A stretch of DNA of 64,000 nucleotides. It comes from Acidimicrobiaceae bacterium (GTDB taxonomy: Bacteria > Actinomycetota > Acidimicrobiia > Acidimicrobiales > Aldehydirespiratoraceae). Positions 8,819 through 16,675 of the stretch are shown one piece after another. Location: assembly GCA_009842325.1 (NCBI GenBank), contig VYFQ01000014.1:194026-258025 (forward strand), read 5' to 3'. Made by a program: the position numbers and the translations under genes. Position 1 is the stretch's first letter; each line of letters starts with the position of its first letter. The notes beneath the pieces are model-generated. The model had not been told where the DNA came from. It was given only the letters and a program-made list of their open reading frames with translations, and searched no databases.

Positions 8819-9859
8819 CTAGAGGACACCCTCACGAGCCAAGAGGCGAGTCTTCATGACACTGCCATAGCCCCACTTGCCGACATCCTGGGTCTTTCGG
8901 AATGTCTCATGGACAACGCGGTGGCAGGGAACCAGCAGCGGTACAGGGTTCCGTCTCATCGCTTCGCTCACCGGTCTGTATGCGTTGGGGCGTCCGATCA
9001 CCCGCGCAACATCTTTGTAGGTCCTCACTTCTCCACGAGGAATGCGAGTGGTGGCCAACAGAGCGTCCCTGTGGACCGGTGCGCTCGCTAGCGACGAGAG
9101 ATCGATTGGCACATCAGTGCGCCCTGCCTCTAACGCCGCTTGCACCTTCTTGACCAGCTTCGGATCGCGGTCGGGATCCGGTCCAACTTCCACATCAACG
9201 CCGATTTCATCACGCAGAAGGGCGACGAACCCGTTGGGATCCATGACTCCCCATTTGGATGCGCTCAGACCTGACTCGGGATCGCAGGCGAGGTCTCCAT
9301 CCTGTGCGACCCGCAAGGCTGAGACCCTCCCGCTGTGGTGGGCCACGAAGACGGACCCAAGAGGACTGTCCACCGCGAACCAGGCGTGGACCGGCACATG
9401 AACGCCCGTGCGACTGCCGCGCGAGCCATGCGGCAAGCGCATCGCCTTGTGGGCGCCGGAAGGGTCGGCCCTGGCAGTCTCGTTCCCGGCGGCGTTGAAC
9501 TCTCTCAGTAGGTGCTTGGCTTTGTCCGTCTCCATCGCGTCCACAGCCTCAAGCAGCTTGACTACGCCACCGATTACGATCGCAACATCGTGACGCTCAA
9601 TGCGCTCGTGGTGTGCCCATCGATGGCGCTCTTCTCGAAGTGTTCCCACTAGCTTCCTGATGACGCCGCGATCTGAAGTCGGGAACTGGCCACCGACCTG
9701 TTCCCAACGCTCGTCAATCACTCGCAACAAGTAGCTGGGATCGCCTGTGGAGTCCGCGCCCGCTGAGGTCATCGGCGTGTGACGTTGGACGAAGGGCTTG
9801 AGTCCTCTTGCCAGCAACTGTAAGGCCTCATCCACCCAGGTCCGGTTGCTCACATTCAC
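8819..9859 (-). CDS. Fusion protein: N-terminal Swt1-like HEPN domain plus a complete Ogt/MGMT-type methylated-DNA-protein-cysteine methyltransferase
   Basis: N-terminus has LLRVIDERWEQV...LREERHRWAHH (Rx4H) ...LLEAVDA. C-terminus has IPRGEVRTYKDVARVIGRPNAYRPVSEAMRRNPVPLLVPCHRVV (PCHR active site). The middle region resembles the Ogt N-terminal domain. Confidence 0.65.
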   Translation of the reverse strand: MNVSNRTWVDEALQLLARGLKPFVQRHTPMTSAGADSTGDPSYLLRVIDERWEQVGGQFPTSDRGVIRKLVGTLREERHRWAHHERIERHDVAIVIGGVVKLLEAVDAMETDKAKHLLREFNAAGNETARADPSGAHKAMRLPHGSRGSRTGVHVPVHAWFAVDSPLGSVFVAHHSGRVSALRVAQDGDLACDPESGLSASKWGVMDPNGFVALLRDEIGVDVEVGPDPDRDPKLVKKVQAALEAGRTDVPIDLSSLASAPVHRDALLATTRIPRGEVRTYKDVARVIGRPNAYRPVSEAMRRNPVPLLVPCHRVVHETFRKTQDVGKWGYGSVMKTRLLAREGVL

Positions 9860-9941
9860 CGTTCAGACTCCTCTCGTGGCGACCGCCGACTGGAACCCTA
9901 GGCGTCGACCATGACGCGAGGCTCTAGGACAGACCCACAAG

Positions 9942-10505
9942 ATGCAGTCGCCGTTGGCGAGCAACAGCAAGAAGCTGAACGCCGGAAGGGGTCCGGTCGG
10001 CAAGACCGCCGTCGTCGGTGCCCGCGACCGGGCGACGGGCCACGTCGCGGCTCAGGTCATCGACTCGGTGGACGCCGAAACGCTGCAAGGGTTCGTCACC
10101 GACCGCACCGCGGAGGGTGCCCGCGTGTTCACCGACGGTGAAGCCGCCTATCGGGGCCTGCCCCGCCGTTCTTCGGTGTCGCATTCGACCGGCGAGTACG
10201 TCCGCCGGGAGGGCAAGGTCAAGGTCCACACCAACGAGATCGAGTCGCTGTGGTCCACGCTGAAGCGGGCGCACAAGGGCGTCTACTACCGCCTGTCCGC
10301 CAAGCACCTACAGCGCTATGTGGACTCGTTCGCTGCGAAGCGCAACATCCGCGACGCGGACACCATCGACCAGATGGCCGCGGTGGTGGCGTCGATGTTC
10401 GGCCGGGAGATCACCTACGACAAGCTGATCGCCGGGGATCGAGGCTTGGCCGTGGATGAGTTCCTCACGTTGGTAGGGGGTAGAAAATATACAACCGCAT
10501 CCTGA
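9942..10505 (+). mobile_element. N-terminally truncated IS1595-family (ISXO2-like DDE) transposase remnant
   Basis: SKKLNAGRGPVGKTAVVGARDRATGHVAAQVI...TLQGFV...HTNEIESLWSTLKRAHKGVYYRLSAKHLQRYVDSFAAKRN. The zinc-ribbon N-terminus and the first part of the DDE domain are missing. Confidence 0.7.
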
Positions 10506-10517
10506 TACGGAGGACAG

Positions 10518-11147
10518 ATGACCACTAAGGCGCAGCGCCGCCAGCGAGATCGTCTCCTGGATCAGCAGAATGGTCTGTGCGGGATCTGTTGGCTCCCCAT
10601 TAGCGACCAGGCCAAGGCAAGCAAGAACTACGAAAGAGAGCACATTCTGCCGAAGGTCTGGTATCGCGATTTGAGCATGGAAGGCAAGGACGACGTGTCC
10701 AATCTGCAAGCAGCGCACAAGGCATGCGGACAGATGAAAGATCGGGAGTGGCTGCCCTGGAACAGACATCTATTGGCCGCCGTGACGAGTTTTGGAGAGA
10801 TGCCCGGACCAGATACCTCAGCTTCTTTGATCCCATACTTGGCCGTATATCGCAGCGAGCAGTACCTGATATCGCCTCCGACAATGGAAGATCCCGGGTT
10901 CCGCCAATGGCTCGACACTGAACCGCGAAGGTCGTGGCGCACAAACTCCTACCGCGCCTGGAACGACCAGGCTGAGTTCATGTACAGAAGGGCTATAGAT
11001 CATTATGTAGCTCGACAGCCCGTGCATGACCTCACCGGCATCCAGCCCATGTCTTGGGAAACGTGGGAAGCCACCGTGGAGTTGTCGCCCGGACTTGATG
11101 GATTTGTGATGAGTCGCATCCCCGGAACCACCAGGAAGGGACCATGA
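10518..11147 (+). CDS. HNH endonuclease-domain protein
   Basis: CGICWLPI...EREHILPK...NLQAAHKACGQMK. GGAGGA Shine-Dalgarno before ATG 10518. Visibly lower G+C than its surroundings. Confidence 0.65.
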   Translation: MTTKAQRRQRDRLLDQQNGLCGICWLPISDQAKASKNYEREHILPKVWYRDLSMEGKDDVSNLQAAHKACGQMKDREWLPWNRHLLAAVTSFGEMPGPDTSASLIPYLAVYRSEQYLISPPTMEDPGFRQWLDTEPRRSWRTNSYRAWNDQAEFMYRRAIDHYVARQPVHDLTGIQPMSWETWEATVELSPGLDGFVMSRIPGTTRKGP

Positions 11148-11260
11148 AGGTTGAGCAGCGCAGCGTGCCTGTCCGCGATCTCGTGGACGGCTACAGCGAT
11201 GACGGTGCTGGGGGCGTGGTCGGCTACGGTCGCCTACTGGATATCCGTCCGCCGAGCTGA
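11144..11260 (+). pseudogene. 38-codon stump of a gene truncated at the islet/repeat junction (N-terminus resembles ParB/DUF262-type nuclease-associated proteins)
   Basis: ATGA overlap with the HNH stop. MKVEQRSVPVRDLVDGYSDDGAGGVVGYGRLLDIRPPS then stops inside the right direct repeat. Family assignment is from memory only. Confidence 0.3.
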
Positions 11261-11380
11261 GCCTGACTGACCTGCTCTGAGTCCCGCCCTTTGGCTCAGT
11301 TGCTCGAGGTGTACGACAAAGCGAGCTCGACCAGGGTGCGCACGCCGAAGCCGGTGCCGCCCTTGGAGATCTCGCCGTCG
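11248..11380. repeat. Right direct repeat of the islet: remnant of the kinase 3' end plus the true pepA 3' end
   Basis: See 7178-7320. 11254-11280 encodes ELSLTDLL-stop, which is the kinase C-terminus. Confidence 0.8.
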
Positions 11381-12762
11381 TCCGACTCGGCCCGGGCCGG
11401 ACCGGCGATGTCGAGGTGGGCCCAGGGGATGCCGTCGGCCACGAACTGCTGCAGGATCAACCCCGCGGTCAGAGCGCCCCCGTGGGTGCCGCCGATGTTC
11501 TTCATGTCGGCCACGTTCGACTCGAACTGCTTGGCGTAGTCGGCGGGCAGCGGCAGCGGCCACACCCGCTCCCCGGCGCGGTCCGCGGCGGCGCGGATCT
11601 CATCGATCAGCGGCTCGTCGTTCCCCATCAACCCCGCGATGGAGGGACCCAGCGCCACCATGCAGGCGCCGGTGAGGGTGGCCAGGTCGACGATGGCGTC
11701 GGGTTCGTCCTCGCAGGCCAGCGACAGGGCGTCGGCCAGGATCAGCCGGCCCTCGGCATCGGTGTTGAGCACCTCGATGGTCTTGCCGTTGCGGATGGTG
11801 AGAACGTCGCCGGGCCGGGTGGCGTCGCCGCCGAGCATGTTGTCGGTCATGGGCAGGTACCCCTTGACCCGGACGGGCGCGCCGACCGCGGGCAGCACCG
11901 ACATGGCCCCGATGATCGCCGCGGCCCCGCACATGTCCATCTTCATGGCCATCATTCCCTGGGCGGTCTTGATGGACAGGCCTCCGGCGTCGAACGTGAT
12001 CCCCTTGCCCACGTAGGCCAGCGTCGCGGCGGGGTCGTCCGCGGGCTCGTAGGTCAACTCCACGTAGCGCGGCGGATGGGTGCTGCCCCGGTTGACGCCG
12101 AGCAGGCCGCCGAGCCGCTGCTTCTTGATCTCCGCCTCGTTCCAGACCCTCGACTTCAGTCCGGCCTTGCGGGCGACGGCCGCAGCCTTGCGGGCGAAGG
12201 CCGGGGCAGTGAGCGAGCCGCCGGGCTCGTTGGACAGGTCGCGGGCCACGCACACCCCCGCGGCGATGGTGGAGCCCCGGGCCAGGGCGTTCTTGGCCGC
12301 GGCCGATGTGCTTCCCACCACGTCGACCCTGGCCAGCTTGGGAGCGCCGTTGCCGCCGCTGGAGCCGTCGGCGGACGACTTGTAGACGGTGTAGCGGTAG
12401 CCGCCCAGGATCACGCCCTCGGCGAGCGCCTGACGGGCGGCGTCGTCGTCCAAGTCGGAATCGGCGGGAAGCCGCACCGCTGCCCGTGCGTGACGCGAGC
12501 ACGAGCGAGCCAGCGCCGCGCCGGCTCGCCGGACGGTGGCCGCGGTGACTTCGGCAGCCGGGCCGACGCCGACCAGCCCGGCGAAGCCGCCGCCGGCCGG
12601 CTGCAGATGGACCTGCTCCGCCTTGCCCCTGAACCCGGTGGTGTCCAAGACCGCCGCGTCGAAACCGTCTATGCCAGCTTCGACATCCTCGGCGGTGACA
12701 AGAGAAACACTGGCGGTGGCCGCCTTGGGCACGGAGCGAACTGCATGGACTGTGATCGGCAT
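11296..12762 (-). CDS. pepA: Leucyl aminopeptidase (M17)
   Basis: NTDAEGRLILADAL, VGKGITFDAGGLSIK, DMCGAAA. Confidence 0.9.
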   Translation of the reverse strand: MPITVHAVRSVPKAATASVSLVTAEDVEAGIDGFDAAVLDTTGFRGKAEQVHLQPAGGGFAGLVGVGPAAEVTAATVRRAGAALARSCSRHARAAVRLPADSDLDDDAARQALAEGVILGGYRYTVYKSSADGSSGGNGAPKLARVDVVGSTSAAAKNALARGSTIAAGVCVARDLSNEPGGSLTAPAFARKAAAVARKAGLKSRVWNEAEIKKQRLGGLLGVNRGSTHPPRYVELTYEPADDPAATLAYVGKGITFDAGGLSIKTAQGMMAMKMDMCGAAAIIGAMSVLPAVGAPVRVKGYLPMTDNMLGGDATRPGDVLTIRNGKTIEVLNTDAEGRLILADALSLACEDEPDAIVDLATLTGACMVALGPSIAGLMGNDEPLIDEIRAAADRAGERVWPLPLPADYAKQFESNVADMKNIGGTHGGALTAGLILQQFVADGIPWAHLDIAGPARAESDDGEISKGGTGFGVRTLVELALSYTSSN

Positions 12763-12787
12763 CCGGTCAGACTAATGGGCTGCCCGA

Positions 12788-13699
12788 CTAGCCCGATGCT
12801 GGGGCGGGGAGGTCCTGCTCGACGGTGAGCGTCGGCGCGAACAGGTCCCCGAGTTGTTCAACCCGGTCGAGGACTTCGGAGGCGGTGAACGACAGCGGCT
12901 CGCCGTCGGCCCCGTCGGACACCTCGTCCCAGGTGATGGGCGCGGACACGGTGGGACGGTCCAGGCCCCTCAGCGAGTAGGGGGCGATGGTGGTCTTGAA
13001 GCGGGCGTTCTGGCTCCAGTCGATGAACACCTTCTGTGGCCGCAGGCTGCGCTTCATCACCGACACCACCAGTGCCGGCAGTCGCTTCTCGAGCAGCTGG
13101 GCCACGGCCAGGGCGAAGCCGGCCGCGTGGTCGTGGGAGTGGGGCCGGTTGAGGGGCACGTAGAGCTGCATCCCCTTGCTGCCCGAGGTCTTCGGCCATC
13201 CGGACAGGCCGACCGACTCCAGAACCTCGCAGACATGCAGGGCCACTTGGCAGCACTCGACGATCGTGGCCGGCTTGCCCGGGTCGAGGTCGAACACGAC
13301 CATGGTGGGCGAGTCGAGGTCGCCGCAGCGGGCCATCGGGGCGTGGATCTCCAGCGCGGCCAGGTTGGCCGACCAGGCCAGCGCGGCCACGGAGTCGAGG
13401 CGGCAATATTCGATCGGCCCGCCCCTGTCGCCCGGACCACGGCACGTGGGAACCCAGTCGGGACGGTGCTTCGGGCAGCGCTTCTCGAAGAACGATTCGG
13501 CGGTCACGCCGTCGGGCCAGCGCCGCAGGGTGACACCCCGGTCGCCGACGTGGGGAAGCATCGCCGGCGCGACCCGCACGTAGTAGTCGATCACCTGCGC
13601 TTTGGTGAACCCGGTCAGCGGGTACATGACCTTGTCGAGGTTGCTGACCGACAGCCGGCGCCCATCGATGGTGACGGGCACGCGCTCGGGTGCGCTCAC
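12788..13699 (-). CDS. NHEJ DNA polymerase/primase domain protein (LigD-Pol, stand-alone)
   Basis: VTIDGRRLSVSNLDKVMYP..GFTKAQVIDYY...RWPDGV...FFEKR. GTG start at 13699, downstream of the Ku stop. The longer track ORF overlaps Ku. Confidence 0.8.
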   Translation of the reverse strand: MSAPERVPVTIDGRRLSVSNLDKVMYPLTGFTKAQVIDYYVRVAPAMLPHVGDRGVTLRRWPDGVTAESFFEKRCPKHRPDWVPTCRGPGDRGGPIEYCRLDSVAALAWSANLAALEIHAPMARCGDLDSPTMVVFDLDPGKPATIVECCQVALHVCEVLESVGLSGWPKTSGSKGMQLYVPLNRPHSHDHAAGFALAVAQLLEKRLPALVVSVMKRSLRPQKVFIDWSQNARFKTTIAPYSLRGLDRPTVSAPITWDEVSDGADGEPLSFTASEVLDRVEQLGDLFAPTLTVEQDLPAPASG

Positions 13700-13736
13700 T
13701 GATCCGCCCGAACCGCGACCCGCCCCGCTCGACCTC

Positions 13737-14612
13737 TCAGGCCGACTTGCGGATCTTCGTCGCCGGTTCCTCGGGCTTCGCCTCCGGCTCCGCGGCGGCC
13801 TCGCCCCCGGTGGGGTGGCGCTTGCGGGCCTCCTTGGCCGCGGCGACCGAGGCCTCCAGCGCGGCCATGAGATCGACAACGGTGTCGGACGCCGGTGCGG
13901 CCGGCGCCACCGTGGCCGTGGTGTCGCCGGAGGCCTTGCGCTCGATGAGCTCCAGCACCGCCTCCCGGTAGGAGTCGGTGTAGCGGTCGGGCTCGAATTC
14001 GGCCTCGAGGGCGGCGATGAGCTGGCGGGCCATGGCCGTCTCCCGCTCGTCCACGTCAATGCCGTCCAGCCCTTCGAAGCCGTCGATGTCGTCCGGCGCC
14101 ACCAGCTCGTCGGAGTACACCATGGTCGACAGCATCAGCCGCCCGTCGACGGGACGGACGGCGGCCAGGTACTGCTTCGAGCGCATCACGAAGTGGCAGA
14201 CGGCCACCTTGTCGGCCTCGTCCATGGCCTCGGCCAGCAGCTTGTAGGGCTTGGCCGCGGCCTCGTCGGGAACCAGGTGGTAGGCGCTGTCGTAGAAGAC
14301 GGGATCGATGTCGGCTAGGTCGATGAAGGCGTCGATGTCGATGGTGCGGGCCGCGACCGGGGCCAGCTCCTCCAGCTCGCGGTCGGTGACGGTGACATAG
14401 TCGCCCGACGCCAGCTCGTAGCCCTTGATGATCCGCTCGGGCGGCAACTCGGTGTCGTCGGCCGACGACACCTTCTTGTAGCGCACCCGGGCGCCGGTCT
14501 CGGCGTCGAGCTGGTTGAAGCGCACGTTCTTGCGGCTCACCGCGCTGAAGAGCTGCACGGGAATCGTGACCAGTCCGAAGCTGATCGATCCCTTCCAGAT
14601 CACTCTCGGCAC
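13737..14612 (-). CDS. ku: Ku protein (non-homologous end joining)
   Basis: MPRVIWKGSISFGLVTIPVQLFSA...VRFNQL, with a basic C-terminal tail. Confidence 0.9.
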   Translation of the reverse strand: MPRVIWKGSISFGLVTIPVQLFSAVSRKNVRFNQLDAETGARVRYKKVSSADDTELPPERIIKGYELASGDYVTVTDRELEELAPVAARTIDIDAFIDLADIDPVFYDSAYHLVPDEAAAKPYKLLAEAMDEADKVAVCHFVMRSKQYLAAVRPVDGRLMLSTMVYSDELVAPDDIDGFEGLDGIDVDERETAMARQLIAALEAEFEPDRYTDSYREAVLELIERKASGDTTATVAPAAPASDTVVDLMAALEASVAAAKEARKRHPTGGEAAAEPEAKPEEPATKIRKSA

Positions 14613-14689
14613 TGTTGGCCTCCTCGCATCGGCCCGGGCCCGGCGTAGCCGGAACCCGGCGCGCAGGCCTCCGCACCGCCTAGTTGAGT

Positions 14690-15544
14690 TTAGGGCGCGA
14701 GCAGGATGCGGGCCACCAGGTCCTGACCGAAGGCGGTGACGATGGCCAGGTACACCAAGCCGGTGGCGGCCATCACCGCCGAGTACTGGCGCTCACGCAG
14801 CGCGGCTCTCGCTACCGCCACCAGCAGCAGTGTCGTGGCGGTGGAGGCCACCCAGAACCAGCCCAGCAGGCCGTTGTAGCCGTCGTCGATGGTGCCGTTG
14901 AGCACCGACACCATGCCCGTGGGCCACAGCATCACGATCGTCTCGGGCACCCAGATCACCGCCGCGGCCCGGATCATCTGCAGTAGCGGCCCTCGGGCCA
15001 GGCCGGGCTGGACCAGGTACCAGTGGCCCAGCAGCATTGCGCTCAGCACCGCCCCGCAGAACAGGGCGCCGACGAGGGTGCGAGCCACCGCCAGCCCGGC
15101 GGGGCCCCCGGCCGCCAACGCGCCCAGCAGGACCGCGATCAGACCGGCCGTCGCTGCGAGCAGATCCAGCACCGGAGGGAACTCGGGCGCAGCGGGATCG
15201 AAGCGGGTCTCGGCCCGGTCGATGCCGGTCATCTCCGCCACCCGGGCCGACCGGCGCGCCACCTGGGCCCGCTGACCGGCCACGCCCGCCGACCGGCGCG
15301 CCACCGAGACTGCTCCCGCGACCAGCCCGGCTAAGGCGAAGACCATCGTGGCCACCTCGCGGCTCCAGGTCGGCTCGGCCAATAGCGCGGTAACCAGAGA
15401 GCCCCCGGCCAAAGCCAGGAACACTCCCCGCATCAGCCATCCGTATCCGAGCCCGACCTCGCGGCGGCGGGTGGTCACCCAAAGGAAGAACCACCCGCCC
15501 GCGGCCCAGCCGACCAGCAGCGTGGCGGCGTCGAGTTCGACCAT
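14690..15544 (-). CDS. Polytopic membrane protein of unknown function
   Basis: 284 aa with multiple hydrophobic helices. No family recognised. Confidence 0.45.
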   Translation of the reverse strand: MVELDAATLLVGWAAGGWFFLWVTTRRREVGLGYGWLMRGVFLALAGGSLVTALLAEPTWSREVATMVFALAGLVAGAVSVARRSAGVAGQRAQVARRSARVAEMTGIDRAETRFDPAAPEFPPVLDLLAATAGLIAVLLGALAAGGPAGLAVARTLVGALFCGAVLSAMLLGHWYLVQPGLARGPLLQMIRAAAVIWVPETIVMLWPTGMVSVLNGTIDDGYNGLLGWFWVASTATTLLLVAVARAALRERQYSAVMAATGLVYLAIVTAFGQDLVARILLAP

Positions 15545-15562
15545 GGCGGCGAGGCAGGCCGC

Positions 15563-16666
15563 TCAGGCGACGACGGCCAAGTTGTGGTCGGCGCGGTTGA
15601 GGGGGTCGGGACCGTCCGGCGAGGCGGCCACGATGTCCTCCAAGCGGGCACCCCACCGGCCGGGCACATAAATCCCCGGCTCCACCGAGAAGGCGTTGCC
15701 CGCCTCCAGCGGCCGGACGTTGCCCTCCACGATGTACGGGTCCTCGTGGGCCTCGGTCCCGATCCCGTGGCCGGTGCGGTGCACGAAGAAGTCTCCGTAT
15801 CCGGCGGCGGCGATGATCGACCGGGCCGCCCGGTCCACATCCTGGGCAGGGGTGCCCACCGCTGCTGCGGCCACGCCGGCCGCCTGCGCTTCGAACAGGA
15901 CGCCGTACAGCTCGACGAACTCCGACGGCGGCTCGCCGGTGTACACGCAGCGGGTGATGTCCGAGCAGTAGCCGACGCCGTCGTCGCCCACCATCGTGCC
16001 GCCGAAGTCACACAGCACGACCTCGCCGGCGCCGATCACCCTAGGTCCGGGTTCATGATGCGGGCTGGCTGCGTTGTCGCCGGCGGCCACGATGGCGAAG
16101 TTCACCCGGTCGTGGCCCTCGGCCACGATCTGGCGGCCCAACTCGGTCGAGACCTCGGCCTCGGTCCGTCCCACCAGCCCGATCTCGCCCCGCTGGAGCC
16201 GGCCCGCGATCCTGTCCACCGCGGCTCCAGCGGCCCGCAGACGCTCGATCTCATCGGCCGTCTTCACTGAGCGGATCGGGGCGGTGACATCCGAGCCACG
16301 CCTCCAGGCCGCGTCCGGCATGACCGTCATCAACTCCACCAAGAACCGGGACCACATGTGGTCCCCGACCGCGGCCACCGTCGCGGCTCCGGCCAGGCCG
16401 GCCACGATGTCCACCGGGTCCTCGGTCTCGTCCCAGGGCCGCATCCCGAAGACATCGGGACGCTCGGCCACCCGGGGAGCCTCCATCCGGGGCACGACCA
16501 GCGTGGCCTCGCCGTCGCAGGGCACCACCAGCATGGTGAGACGCTCCAGCGGCATGGCTTCATAGCCGCAGAAGTACGGCAGGTCGGCCCCCACCGACAG
16601 CAGCAGCACGTCCACGCCCTGCTCAGCCATCAACGCCCGGGCCCTGTCCAGCCGATCGGTGAACAT
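15563..16666 (-). CDS. M24-family Xaa-Pro dipeptidase/aminopeptidase
   Basis: HRTGHGIGTEAHEDPYIV, with the metal ligands DFGG...D...H...E...E. Confidence 0.85.
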   Translation of the reverse strand: MFTDRLDRARALMAEQGVDVLLLSVGADLPYFCGYEAMPLERLTMLVVPCDGEATLVVPRMEAPRVAERPDVFGMRPWDETEDPVDIVAGLAGAATVAAVGDHMWSRFLVELMTVMPDAAWRRGSDVTAPIRSVKTADEIERLRAAGAAVDRIAGRLQRGEIGLVGRTEAEVSTELGRQIVAEGHDRVNFAIVAAGDNAASPHHEPGPRVIGAGEVVLCDFGGTMVGDDGVGYCSDITRCVYTGEPPSEFVELYGVLFEAQAAGVAAAAVGTPAQDVDRAARSIIAAAGYGDFFVHRTGHGIGTEAHEDPYIVEGNVRPLEAGNAFSVEPGIYVPGRWGARLEDIVAASPDGPDPLNRADHNLAVVA

Positions 16667-16675
16667 GGGCGCAGC

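Larger units (their letters stand above)
7323..11247. mobile_element. Roughly 4 kb accessory islet inserted between the convergent kinase and pepA genes; degenerate, with no integrase visible
   Basis: Flanked by ~140 bp imperfect direct repeats. Contains visibly AT-richer stretches (about 8380-8520 and 10518-11147), an IS1595 transposase remnant, an HNH nuclease, a HEPN-Ogt fusion and gene fragments. Confidence 0.55.
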
